Shown here: in pieces, positions 16,160 to 33,400 of the stretch
Position numbering within the stretch: position 1 is the first letter of the stretch
How the letters are laid out: the number at the start of each line of letters is the position of its first letter
DNA from: the human T2T-CHM13v2.0 reference genome, Homo sapiens
Length of the DNA: 64,000 bases
NCBI RefSeq assembly: GCF_009914755.1
Contig: NC_060930.1
Strand: one strand, 5' to 3'
Position numbers and translations under genes: made by a program
Notes under the pieces: model-generated
Told to the model about the DNA's origin: nothing
The model's database searches: none
The model's input: the letters and a program-made list of their open reading frames with translations, nothing else

Positions 16160-17174
16160 ATGGGGAAAAAACAGAGCAGAAAAACTGGAAACTCTAAAAA
16201 GCACAGTGCCTCTCCTGCTCCAAAGGAACACAGTTCCTCACCAGCAATGGAACAAAGCTGGATGGAGAATGACTTTGACGAGTTGAGAGAAGAAGGCTTC
16301 AGACGATCAAACTACTCCGAGCTACAGGAGGAAATTCAAACCAAACGCAAAGAAGTAAAAAACCTTGAAAAAAATTTAGACGAATGTATAACTAGAATAA
16401 CCAATACAGAGAGGTGCTTAAAGGAGCTGATGGAGCTCAAAGCCAAGGCTCAAGAATTACGTGAAGAATGCAGAAGCCTCAGGAGCTGATGCAATCAACT
16501 GGAAGAAAGGGTATCAGTGATGGAAGATGAAATCAATGAAATGACATGAAAAGGGAAGTTTAGAGAAAAAAGAATAAAAAGAAACAAACAAAGCCTCCAA
16601 GAAATATGAGACTATGTGAAAAGACAAAATCTACCTCTGATTGGTGTACCTGAAAGTGACCGGGAGAATGGAACCAAGTTGGAAAACACTCTGCAGGATA
16701 TTATCCAAGAGAACTTCCCCAATCTAGCAAGGAAGGCCAACATTCAGATTCAGGAAATACAGAGAATGCCACAAAGATACTCCTCAAGAAGAGTAACTCC
16801 AAGACACATAATTGTCAGATTCACCAAAGTTGAAATGAAGGAAAAAATGTTAAGGGCAACCTGAGAGAAAGGTTGGGTTACCCACAGAGGGAAGCCCATC
16901 AGGCTAACAGCAGATCTCTTGGCAGAAACTCTACAAGCCAGAAGAGAGTGGGGGCCAATATTCAACATTCTTAAAGACAAGAATTTTCAACCCAGAATTT
17001 CATATCCACCCACACTAAGCTTCATAAGTGAAGGAGAAATTAAATACTTTACAGACAAGCAAATGCTGAGAGACTTTGCCACCACCAGGCCTGCCCTAAA
17101 AAAGAGCTCCTGGAGGAAGCACTAAACATGGAAAGGAAAAATCGGTACTAGCCACTGCAAAATTATGCTAAATT
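16160..17174 (+). pseudogene. L1 ORF1p, disrupted
   Basis: Fragments 16160-16489, 16616-16864 and 16919-17125 match ORF1p and are separated by stop codons. Confidence 0.93.
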
Positions 17175-17241
17175 GTAAAGATCATCGAGGCTAGGAAGAA
17201 ACTGCATCAACTAATGAGCAAAATAACCAGCTAACATCAAA

Positions 17242-21066
<3,825 letters not shown>

Positions 21067-21473
21067 ACAATGAGAACTCACGGACATAGGAAAGGGAACA
21101 TCACACACTGGGGCCTGTTGTGGGGTGAGCGTGGTGGGAGAGAGAGCATTAGGAGATATACCTAATGTTAAGTGACGAGTTAATGGGTACAGCACACCAA
21201 CATGGCACATGTATACATATGTAACTAACCTGCACATTGTGCATGTGTACCCTAAAACTTAAAGTGTAATAAAAAAATAAGGACCCATGTTCAATTATTG
21301 GGGTGGGTTTCCCCAATATCTGGTGCCCACGTTGTTTTTTCTTTTTCCCAGGTGCATGTGGAAACCTGATTCCCTTTGGTAGGTGCAGAGAAATGTTATC
21401 GGTTAGGTCCTCAGAGAGGCTTGTTCAACTCCCTCATGACTGGTGAGCAGTCTGTGTATGGTCCAGGTTAACT

Positions 21474-23664
21474 ATGGGTCACATGGACTCTAAAAATTAT
21501 ACTTATCTCTTCTATATTAAACTCCAGTTAAAACATAAAAGGGTTCGAGTCCCCATGGAAAATATGGTCACTCTATTTAGGGCAGTGGTAAAATTCTGCC
21601 CTTCGTCTCCTGAAAAAGGAACCTTAAATGCAGACCTATTAAAACAGGGAAGGGTCCAAGTAACCATGGAAAATATAGTCACTCTATTCAGGGCGGTGAA
21701 AAAATAATGTCCTTGGTTTCCTGAAAAAGGAACTTTATATGGCAAAGTATGGGATCGTGTTGGTGCAGCATTCCAGGAACTGGTCTCAACAGGGAATTTT
21801 GTTCCCATCACTGTTTGGGGTGGTTGGGAATTGTGCATGCTGTCTTGGTGGTGTGCCAATCCCATGATCCCCTGCAGTAGTCACAGTTTTTTGCCTTTTC
21901 CTCAGTTTCTCTGACTTTTCCTCAGCCGTCCTCTCCCACATGGCCTTCGTTTTCTGATCATCCTCTCCCTTCACCTACTCCTCCTCCTCCTGTTGAAAAT
22001 TCACTGTCTAACTCCAGTGGCTTTGGCTTAATGTTAGCGCCTGCTTATCTTATTTCTTTTCACAAAGAGCCGGTACTTGTAGTTCCCACAGCCCCAAGTC
22101 ACACAGCCCAGGACCATATATATATGCTAATTCTTCTCTTTTCAAACCTCCAGAGTAAACTAATGGCTCCAGGACCAAACTACAATTCGCCTATAATTCT
22201 GCAGGTCCTCCCCCATCCACTTCAGACCCTCACCCTCATGTCGTTTTTGTTCCTCAGCCAGTCAGTTTGCCATCCACTCAGCCTGCTTCTCTGTACCCTT
22301 CTTCACACATGCACACCAGTAATAACCAGTATACTTCTGCTCCTCCAATACCCCTTTCTCACATTCTCATTCCTGTCTGACCCCCTCACCCTCAGTTTCC
22401 CTTATCTACACATGCTTTTCCTGTCACTTCTATGCTGACTCCATCCAGATGCCTACTCTTGAAACTTCAATGCAACACTTATTATGCCAAAACAAAGAAA
22501 CAAGTGGATTAGACGTGTGGACTTATCCAGTCATGCTAGACCCTCCTAACTTCCAAGGGTTACAAATGTGTCTCTATGTACCTCTTAATCTTACCTTTTT
22601 AAAAGAATTTAAGGATGCTTGTACTCAGTATGGTCCTACTTCTCCTTATGTTAAAATGGTATTACAATCTTTTTGTACAGAGATCACTTTACTTATTTTA
22701 AACTGGGACCTTTGGGCAAAAGCTGTTCTGACCCCATCTCAGCATTTACAATTTCGTACCTGGTGGTTAGAAGAGGCTCATTTGCAGGCTCAGCTAAATT
22801 GGACTAATGGCATTCTAGTTACTCAGGCTCAGCTCACAGGCTCCGATAATTTCTTTGATACTTATGCCCAATTAAACTTTGATGCTCTTACCACGGAACA
22901 AGTAACAAAGGTGTGTATGAGAGCTTGGGATAAATGACATGCCCCAGGCCAACCTCCTGTTTCTTTTACTACCATTAAGCAAGGTCACACTGAATTGTAC
23001 CCTGATATTTTTAGCAAAATTACAAGATGCTGTTGAAAAATCTGTCTCTGATGAGTGTGCTGAAGGTATTCTCCTTTGTATGTTAGCTTTTGAAAATGCA
23101 TACCATGAGTGTAAAATGGTCAAGCATTCTGTCCAATGACAAAATTTGCCTGATCATGAGGTGTTGCCTGCATATATTAAAGCTTGTGAAGACATTGGAT
23201 CAGACACCCACAAAGCTATCCTGTGGGCACAAGCCATGAAGGATACCAATCAAACTGGCTCCACTAATTCTTTTCTTGGAGCCTGCTATAATCATGGTCA
23301 ACTTGGTCATACTCAGAAAAATTGCACTGTTAAAAACTTAAAAGCTGCCAAGCTGGCTCAACAAACATGGCCAAATTCTGCTGCTACTACTAGTCCACGT
23401 GGCAAGGGTAAACACAGGGCTAGTAATTGTCACTTTAAGTATGATATAAATGGAAACCCCCTACCACAAAATCAGGGAAATGGGAAGCAGAGTTTGTCCC
23501 AGGCCCCAATATCAAATGAGATGCTTCAGACTCAGACCAACATTACATCCAACTTCAGGCAGTCCCAACAACCCCCAGCACAAACAAATTTACCTACAGC
23601 CAACCCAGATGGGTCCCAGCCTCTCCCTCTGTCTCAGTACAATGCTTGTCCACCTCCATGGTAG
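21474..23664 (+). pseudogene. HML-8 gag (MA-CA-NC), disrupted
   Basis: CA motifs LKEFKDACTQYGPTSPY and LAFENAYHEC, decayed zinc knuckle CYNHGQLGHTQKNC. Confidence 0.88.
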
Positions 23665-24460
23665 TGGGCAGGGTGGTCGATCTCTGTAATACTATTCCTC
23701 TAAAGTTACTACCTAACTAACTCTTTGCCTTTAATTATCCCCCAGGGGTCACTGGTCCTTTGCCTCAAGGTTCAGTGGGCCTGGTGTTAGGAAGGGCATC
23801 CACCTCTGCTAAAGGAATACCATTCATACTGGTCTCATTAATTCTGATTCTGTTGATGACATTAAATTAATCGTGTCTGCCAAGTTTCCTGTTTCCATTC
23901 AGGCCAGTGAGTCAATTGCTCAATTGCTTTTACTACCTAATATCATTTTAAAGAAAGGAGATAAGATGAGTGGCCCTGGGATGGGCTCCAGCAGTGAAAA
24001 GGCTGCTTATTGGACTAATGTAATTTCTAAACAACTGCCCACCTGCACCATATACATTCAAGGAAAAAGGTTTGAGGGTCTAGTAGATACAGGGGCTGAT
24101 GTTTCTGTGATTTCCTCTACTTTATGGCCTTCCTCCTGGCTTAAACATCCCACTAACATGGGACTAGTAGGTGTTGGAAAAGCTAAGGAAGTGTATGAGA
24201 GCACATTTATCTTGTCTTACACTGGCCCTGATGGTCAAAGTGGTACAATTCAGCCCTATATCATGCCAATTCCCATTCATCTCTGGGGTAGAGATTTATT
24301 GGTACAATGGGGGGCTGAAATTAATAGTCCATATAACTCTTATAGTGCTCCCAGTCAGCTTATGATAGAAAACATGGGGTTTGTTCCTGGGCCAGTCTCA
24401 GTCCAAAGCATGAAGGGATTACTAAACCCCTCCCAGTTACTGTAAAAGAAAACAGGGAAG
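23665..24460 (+). pseudogene. HML-8 dUTPase-protease-G-patch, disrupted
   Basis: IAQLLLLP (dUTPase), GLVDTGADVSVI (aspartyl protease), LWGRDLL and ENMGFVPG (G-patch). Confidence 0.88.
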
Positions 24461-25297
24461 GTTTAGGTTATCCTTTTCAGTGGCGGCTGCTGCCATGCCT
24501 CCTGACCCTATCCCTTTACAATGGAAATCTGAGACACCGGTTTGGATTCAGCAGTGGCTGCTCTCTAAACAAAAACTGAGGCTTTAACTCACTTGGTTTC
24601 TGAACAGTTACAACTTGTAAATGTGGAACCTTCTCTTTCCCCCTGGAATACTCCTGTGTTTCTAGTAAAATGAAATCAGGCAAGTAGCGGATGGTAACTG
24701 ATTTAAGGGCCATTAACACTGTAATTAAACCTATGGGGTCCATCCAACATGGCATGCCTGCCCTTGCTTTAGTACCTAAAAATTGGCCTCTCATAGTTAT
24801 TGATCCTAAAGATTGTTTTTTCATATTGCTTTACATAAATTGGATTGTGAAAAATTTGTTTTTACTGTACTATCTATTAATAATCAGGAGCCTGCACCTT
24901 GTTATCAATGGAAAGTACTTCCTCAGGGAATGCTGAATAGCCCTACAAACTGCCAGCATTATGTTGGACAAGTGCTTTCACCAGTTCGAGCCCAATTCCC
25001 CCAGGCCTATATTATTTATTATATTGATGATATTTTAATTGCTGCCCCCAACTGATAAAGAATTAATTGACTGTAACCAAATTTTGAGCCGCTGTGTTAC
25101 GGAGGCTGGATTACACATTGCTCAGGATAAAATTCAACAGACCACTCCTGTTCAAAATTTAGGAGTGGTGGTCAATAAACAATGTATTCAACCTCAAAAA
25201 GTTCAAATTAGGAGAGATTCTTTGAAAACTTTAAATGACTTCAAAAACTTTTGGGTAACATTAATTATTTAAGACCTACTTTAGGTATTCTGACCTA
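24461..25297 (+). pseudogene. HML-8 pol, RT part only, disrupted and truncated
   Basis: [20 protein letters not shown] and YYIDDILIA across frameshifted fragments. Confidence 0.9.
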
Positions 25298-28200
25298 TAG
25301 GCCTCAATGTGCTCTCAAATATCCCTTTGCAGAGTCTACAAAAACAGTGTTTCCAAACTGCTGATTGAAAAGTGAGGTTTAAATCTGTGAGATGAGTATA
25401 CACAACACTAAGTGGTTTCTCAGATATATTCCTTCTAGTTTTTAGCCTGGGGTATTTACGTTTTCACCATTGGCCTCAATGAGATCCCAAATATCCCTTT
25501 GCCAATTGTGCAAAAACAGTGTTTCCAAACTGTGGAATGAAAAGAAAGATTTAACTCTGCAAGATGAATGAACACATCACAAAGTGGTTTCTCAGATAAC
25601 TTCCTCCTAGTTTTTATAGGGATATTTGATTTTTCACCAATAACCTCAGGGAGCTCCCAAAAGTCCATTTGCAGAATGGACAAAAACAGGTTTGCAAACT
25701 GCTGAATCAAAATAAAGTTTAACACTATAAGATGAACGCGCACATCACAAAGCAGTTTCTCAGAAAATTTCTTTCTTATCAGAAGATATTTTCTTTTTCA
25801 CCATAGGCCTCAATGCACTCCCAAATATTCCTTTGCAGATTTTACAAAAACAGTGTTTCCAAACTGCTGAGTGAAAAGAAAGGGTTAACTCTGCTAGATG
25901 AATGCACACATCACACAACGGTTTCTCTGATAGCATTTTTTTAGTTTCTATCCTGGGAGATTCTCTTTTTTCACCACTGGCCTCAATGAGCTCCCAAATG
26001 TCCATTTGCAGAATGGACAAAAACAGTTCTTCCAAACTGCCATATCAAAAGAAAGGTTAAACTTTGTGAGATGAATGCAGAAATCACAAAGTGGATTCTC
26101 AGTTAGTTTCCTTCTAGTTTTTATCCTGGTATCAGTTAGCTTCCTTCTAGTTTTTATCCTGGTATATTTGCTTTATCGACACTGGCCTCAATGAGCTCCG
26201 AAATGTCCATTTGCAGAATGGACAAAAACAGTGTTTCCAAACTGCTGAATTAAAAGAAAGGTTTAACTTTGTGAGATGAATTCACAAATCGCCAAGCAGT
26301 TTCTCAGAAAGTTTGTTTCTAGTTTTTATCTGAAGATATTTTGTTTTTCACCATAAGCTTCAATGTGATCCCAGATGTTATTATGCAGATTCTACAAAAA
26401 TAGTGTTTCCAAACTGCTGAATGAAAAGAAAGGTTTAATTCTGTGAGATGAATGAACACATCACAAAGCAGTTTCTCAGATAGCTTCCTTTAGTTTTTAT
26501 CCTAGGGTATTCATTTTTTGCCATTGGCCTCAATGAGCTCCCAAAGGTCCATTCATAGAATGGACAAAAACAGTGTTTCCAAACAGGTGAATCAAAAGAA
26601 AGTTTTAACTCTGTGAGTTGAATACACAAATCACAAAGCAGTTTCTCAGCATCATTCTAGTCTTTATCCTGGGATATTCACTTTTTCACCATTGTCCAGA
26701 ATGAGCTCACAAATGTCCTTTTGTAGAATGGTCAAAAACAGTGTTTCCAAACTGCTGAATTAAAAGAAAGTTTTAACTCTGTGAGATGAATGCACACTTC
26801 ACAAAGAAGTTTCTAGGAAAACTTCCTTCTACTTTTTACGTGAAGATATTTTCTTTTTTACCATAGGGCTCAATGCACTCCCAAATATCCCTTTGCAGAT
26901 TCTACAAAAGCAGTGTTTACAAACTGAAGAGTGAAAAGAAAGGTTTAAATCTTCCAAATGAATGCACACATCAAAAAGCAGTCTCAGATAGCTTCCTTCT
27001 AGTTTTTATCCTGGGATATTCATTTTTCTCCATTGGCCTCATTGACCTCCCAAATGTCCATTCACAGAATGGAAAAAAAAAACAATGATTCCAGACCACT
27101 GAATCAAAAGAAATGGTAAACTCAGAGATGAATGTACACATCAAAAAGCAGTTTCTGAGGAAGCTTCTTTCTAGTTTCTATCCAGAGGTATTTTCTTTTT
27201 CACCATAGGCCTCAATGCACCCTTTGCAGATTCTACCATAGACCTCAATGCACCCTTCTCAGTTATTTTCTTTTTCTTTTTCGCCATAGGCCTCAATGCA
27301 CCCTTCACAGATTCTACAAAACAGTGTTTCCGAAACTGCTAAATGAAAAGAAAGGTTTAACACTGCAAGAAGAATGCACACATCACAAAGCAGTTTATCA
27401 GAGAGCTTTCTTCTTTTTTTATCCTGGAATATTCCCTTTTTCACATTGGCCACAATGAGCTCTCAAATGTCCATTCTCAGATTGGACAGAAACAGTGTTT
27501 CCAAACTGCTGGATCAAAAAAAAGATTTAACACTGTGAGATGAATGTGCACATCACAAAGCAGTTTCTCAGAAAACTTCTTTCTACTTTTTATCTGAAAA
27601 TATTTTCTTTTTCACCATAGGCCTCAATGCACTCCCAAATATCCCTTCACAGATTCTACAAAAACAATGTTTCCAAACTGCTGAATGAAAAGAAAGGTTT
27701 AACTCTGCAAGTGAATGCACGCATCAAAAAGTGGTTTCCCAGATACCTTCCTTCTAGTTCTTATCCTGGGATAAAACTACTCTTTTTCGCCTTTGGCTTC
27801 AATGAGCTCCCAAATATCCATTTGCAGAATGGAAGAAAAAAGTGTTTCCAAAAAGCTGAGTAAAAGTAAGGTTTACCTCTGTGAGAAGAATGCACACATT
27901 ACAAACAGTTTCACAGAAAGCTTCCTTCTATTTTTTATCTGAGGATATTTTCTTTTTCACCACTGGCCTCAAAGCACTCTCATATGTCCCTTCACAGATT
28001 CTACAAAAACAGTGTTTCCAAACTGCTGAATGAAAAGAAACTTTTAGCTTTGGGAGATGAATGAACACATCAAATAGCAGTTTCTCAGATAGCTTCCATC
28101 TGGTTTTTATCCTGGGGTATTCTCTTTTTCACCACTGGCTTCAATGAGCTCCCATATGTCCATTTGCACAATGGACAAAAACAGGTTTCCAAAGTGCTGA

Positions 28201-29300
28201 CTCAAGAGAAAAGTTTAACTCTGTGAGATGAATGCAAAAATCACAAACCGGTTTCTTGGAAAGCTTCTCTCTTGTTTTTATCTAAAGATCTTTTCTTTTT
28301 CACCATAGGCCTCAATGCCTTCACAAATATCCCTTCACAGACTCTACAAAAACAGTGTTTCCAAACTGCTGAATGAAAAGATTTAATTCTGCGAGATGAA
28401 TGCACACATCACAAAGTGGTTTCTCAGATAGTTTCTTTCTAGTTTTTACCTTGTGTTCTTTGCTTTTTCACCATTGGCCCAATGAGCTCCCAAATATCCA
28501 TTTGCAAAATGGAGAAAAACAGTGTTTCCAAACTGCTGAATCAAAATAAAGGTTTAACTATGGGAGATGAATGCATACCTCACAAAGCAGTCCCTCAGAA
28601 AGCTTCTTTCTACTTTTTATCTGAAGATATTTTATTTTTCACCATAGGCATCATTGTGCTCTAAAATATCCCTTCACAGGTTCTACCAAAACAATGTTTC
28701 CACACTGCTGAATTTAAAGAAAGCTTTAACTCTCAGATGCATTCACACATCACAAAGCAGTTTCTCAGAAAGCTTCTTTCTAGATTTTATCTGAAGATAT
28801 TTTCTTTTTCACCATAGGCCTCAATACACTCCCAAATATCCCTTCACAGATTGTACAAAAAGAGTTTTTCCAAATTGCTGAATGAAAAGAAAGGTTTAAC
28901 TCTGTGAGATGAATGTAGACATCAAAACGTGGTTTCTCAGATAGCTTCTTTCTAATTTTTATCTGAAGATATTTACTTTTTCACCATAGGCCTCAATGGG
29001 CTCCCAAAAGTCCCTTTGCAGAGTCTTCAAAATCAGTGTCTCCAAACTGCTGAATAAAAAGATAGTTTTAATTCTGTGAGATGAAGGCAAACATCACAAA
29101 GCAGTTTCTCAGATAGGTTTCTTCTAGTTTTTATCCTGGGATATTCGCTTTTTCACCATTGGCCTCAATGAGCTCCCAAATATCAGATAGCAGACAGGGC
29201 AAAAACAGTGTTTCCAAACTGCAGAATCAAAAAATGGTTTAATTCTGTTAGATGAATGCACACATCACAAGCAGTTTCTCAGAAAGCTTCTTTCTAGTTT
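25298..29300 (-). repeat. Divergent alpha satellite, dimeric ancient type
   Basis: ~171-bp monomers alternating between type 1 (tatctgaagatattttc...cagattctac) and type 2 (tatcctgggatattc...cagaatggac). Confidence 0.97.
26100..26165. repeat. 33-bp tandem duplication within an alpha monomer
   Basis: cagttagYttccttctagtttttatcctggtat occurs twice with one mismatch. Confidence 0.9.
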
Positions 29301-29301
29301 T

Positions 29302-29340
<39 letters not shown>

Positions 29341-30430
29341 TTTTTTATTATTATACTTTAAGTTTTAGGGTACTTGTGCACAATGTGCATGTTAGTTACA
29401 TGTATACATGTGCCATGCTGGTGAGCTGCACCCACTAACTCGTCATCTAGCATTAGGTATATCTCCCAATGCTATCCCTCCCCTGCCGCCAACCCCACAA
29501 CAGTCCTCAGAGTGTGATGTTCCCCTTCCTGTGTCCATGTGTTCTCATTGTTCAATTCCCACCTATGAGTGAGAATATGCAGTGTTTGGTTTTGGTTTTT
29601 TGTTCTTGCGATAGTTTACTGAGAGTGATGATTTCCAATTTCATCCATGTCCCTACAAAGGACATGAACTCATCATTTTTTATGGCTGCATAGTATTCCA
29701 TGGTGTATATGTGCCACATTTTCTTCATCCAGTCTATCATTGTTGGACATTTGAGTTGGTTCCAAGTCTTTGCTATTGTGAATAATGCCACAATAAATAT
29801 ATGTGTGCATGTGTCTTTATAGCAGCATAATTTATAGTCCTTTGGGTATATACTCAGTAATGCGATGGCTGGGTCAAATGGTATTTCTAGTTCTAGATCC
29901 CTGAGGAATCGCCACACTGACTTCCACAATGGTTGAACTAGTTTACAGTCCCAACAACAGTGTAAAAGTGTTCCTATTTCTCCACAACCTCTCCAGCACC
30001 TGTTGTTTCCTGACTTTTTAATGATTGCCATTCTAACTGGTGTGAGATGGTATCTCATTGTGGTTTTGATTTGCATTTCTCTGATGGCCAATGATGGTGA
30101 GCATTTTTTCATGTGTTTTTTGGCTGCATAAATGTCTTCTTTTGAGAATTGTCTGTTCATGTCCTTCACCCACTTTTTGATGGGGTTGTTTGCTTTTTTC
30201 TTGTACATCTGTTTGAATTCATTGTAGATTCTGGATATTAGCCCTTTGTCAGATGAGTAGGTTGCGAAAATTTTCTTCAATTTTGTAGATTGCCTGTTCA
30301 CTCTGATGGTAGTTTCTTTTGCTGTGCAGAAGCTCTTTAGTTTAATTGGATCCCATTTGTCAATTTTGGCTTCTGTTCCCATTGCTTTTGGTGTTTCAGA
30401 CATGAAGTCCTTGCCCATGCCTATGTCCTG
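29301..30430 (-). mobile_element. 5'-truncated L1PA2-like insertion in alpha satellite, tail converted to (TTTA)n
   Basis: ORF2 C-terminus is open (29552-30430). 3' UTR diagnostics gcattgggagatatacctaatgctagatgacGAGttagtggg (not the Ta ACA). Confidence 0.9.
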
Positions 30431-33400
30431 ATCTGAAGATATTTTCACCATAGGCCTGAACATGCTCCTAAATATGCCTTTGCAGATTTTACAAAAACAG
30501 TGTTTCCAAACTGCTGAAGGAATAGAAAGGTTTAACTCAGTGAGATGAATGCACAGGTCATAGAGTTGTTTCTCAGATAGGTTCCTTCTAGTTTTTATCC
30601 TGGGATATTCCCTTTTTCACCATTGGCCACAATGAGCTCCCAAATGTCTGTTCACAGAGTGGACAAAACCAGTGTTTCCAAATTGTGGAATCAAAAGAAA
30701 GGTTTAATTCTGTGAGATGAATGCACTTATCACAAAGCAGTTTCTCAGAAAGCTTCTTTCTAGTTTTTATCTGAAGATATTTTCTTTTTGACCATAGGCC
30801 TCAATGCTCTCCCATATATCCCTTCACAGATTCTACAAAAAATGTGTTCCCAAACTGCTGAATGAAAAGAAAGACTTAACTCTGCAAGATCAACGTGCAC
30901 ATCACAAAGCAGTTTCTCTGATACCTTTCTTCTAGTTTTTATCCTGCGATATATGCCTTTTCACTAGGGACCTCAATGCGCTCCCAAATATCCATTTGCA
31001 GACTCTACAAAAACAGTGTTTCCAAACTGCTGTGTGAAAAGGAAAGTTTAACTGGGGGAGATGAATGCACATATCACAAAGCAGTTTCTCAGATAGCTTC
31101 CTGAAAGTTTTCATAGTGGAATACTTGCTTTCTCACCATTGGCCTCAATCAGCTTCCAAATATCCATCCACAGAATGGACAAAAACAGTGTTTCCAAACT
31201 GCTGAATCAAAAGAAAGATTTATCTCTGTGAGATGAATGCAAATATCTCAAGGCAGATTCTGAGATTGCTTCCTTCTAGTTTTTATCCTGGTATGTTCTC
31301 TTTTTTGGCATTTGCCCCAATGAGCTCCCGAATGTCCATTTGCAGATGGTTAAAAACCATGTTTCTGAACTGCTAAATTAAAAGAAAGGTTAAACTATGT
31401 GAGATGAATGCACACATCACAAAGCAGTTTCTCAGAAAACTTCTTTCTGGTTTTTATCTGAAGATAATTTCTTTTTCACCATAGGCCTCAATGCGCTCCC
31501 AAATATCCATTCACAGATTCTACAAAAACAGTGTTTCCAAACAGCTGAATGAAAGAAAAGTTTAACTCTGTGAGATGAATGTATACATCACAAAGTAGTT
31601 TCCCAGATAGCTTCTTTCTAGTTTGTATCCTGGGATATTCTCTTTTTCGCCATTGGCCTCAATGAGCTCCAAAATATTCATTTGCTGAATTGACAATAAC
31701 CGTTTTTCCAAACTCCCAAATCAAAAGAAAGGTTTTAACACTTTGAGATGAATGCACACCTCACAAAGCAGTTTCTCAGAAGGCTTCTTTCTGTTTTTTT
31801 TTCTGAATATATTTTCTTGTTCACCATAGGCCTTAATGCACTCCCAAATATCCCTTCGTTGTTTGTACAAAAACAGTGTTTCTAAACTGCTGAATGAAAG
31901 GAAAGATTTAACTCTGCAAGAAAAAACACACATCACAAAGTGGTTTCTCAAATAGCTTCCTTCTAGTTTTTATCCTGGGATAATTTCATTGTCACCTTTG
32001 GCCTCAATTAGCCCCCAAATATCCATTCACAGAATGGACAATAACAGTGTTTACAAACTGCTGAATCAAAAAAAGTTTGAACTCTGTGAGATGAATGCAC
32101 ACATCACAAGTAATTTTCTCAGAAACTTCTTTGTAGTTTTTATCTGAAGATACTTTCTTTTTCACCATAGACCTCAATATGCTCCCAAATATTCCTTTGC
32201 AGATTCTACCAAAACAGTGTTTCCAAACTACTGAATGAAAAGAAAGCTTTAACTCTGTGAGATGAGTGCACACATCATAATTCGGTTTCTTAGGTAGGTT
32301 TCTTCTAGTTTTATCCTGAGATATTCACTTTTTTACCACTGGTCTCAATGAGCTCCCAAATGTACATTTGCAGTCAGGAGAAAAACAGTGTTTCCAAACT
32401 GCTGCATCAAAAGAAAGGTTTAACTCTGTGAGATGAATGCACACATCACAAAGTAGGTTCTCCAAAAGCTTCTTTTAGTTTTGATCTGAAGATATTTTCT
32501 TTTTCACCTTAGGCCTCAATACTTTCCCTATTATCCCTTTGTAGATTCTACAAAAACCATGTATCCAAACTGCTGAATGAAAAGAAAGGTTTAAAGCTGT
32601 GAGATGAATGCACACATCATGAAGCAGTTTGTCAGATAGGTTCCATCTACTCTTTATGATGCTACATTTGCTTATTTGCAATTGGCCTCAATAAGCTCCC
32701 AAATGTCCATTCACAGAATGGACAAAAACAGTGTTTATAATCTCCTGAATCAAAAGAAAATTTTACCTCTGTAAGATGAATGTATACATTGCAATGCAGT
32801 TTCTCAGAGAGATTTTTTCTACTTTTTATCTGAAGATATTTTCTTTTTCACCATAGACCTCAACATGCTCCCAAATATGCCTTCACAGATTCTACAAAGC
32901 AGTGTTTCAACACTGGTGAATGAAAAGAAAGGGTTAACTCTGTGAGATGGTTGCACACATCACAAAGCAATTTCTCAGAAAGCTTCTTTCTTGTTTTTAT
33001 TTGAAGATATTTTCTTTTTCACCATAGACCTCAATGGGTCCCCAAATATCCCTTTGCAGATTCTACAAAAATAGTGTTTCCAAACTGCTGAACTAAAAGG
33101 AAGGTTTAACCTTTGAGATGAATGCACACATCACAAAACAATTTCTCAGATAGCTTCCTTCTAGTTTTTTTCCTGTGATATTCACTTTTTCACCTTTGGA
33201 CTCAATGAGCTTGCAAGTGTCCATTTGCAGAATGGACAAAAACTGTGCTTCCAAACTGCTGAATCTAAAGAAAAGTTTAATTCTGTGAGATGAATGTTCA
33301 CACCACAAAGCAATTTCTCAGAAAACTTCTTTCTAGTTTTTATCTGAAGATATTTTCTTTTTCACCATTGGCCTCAATATGCTCCCAAATATCCCAATGC

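Larger units (their letters stand above)
21275..25297 (+). mobile_element. Truncated HERV-K(HML-8)/HERVK11 provirus: last ~45 bp of MER11 5' LTR, PBS, gag, pro, partial pol
   Basis: LTR end aattattggggtgggtttccccaata, tRNA-Lys-type PBS tggtgcccacgt at 21321, gag start MGHMDSKNY. No RNase H, integrase, env or 3' LTR. Confidence 0.85.
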
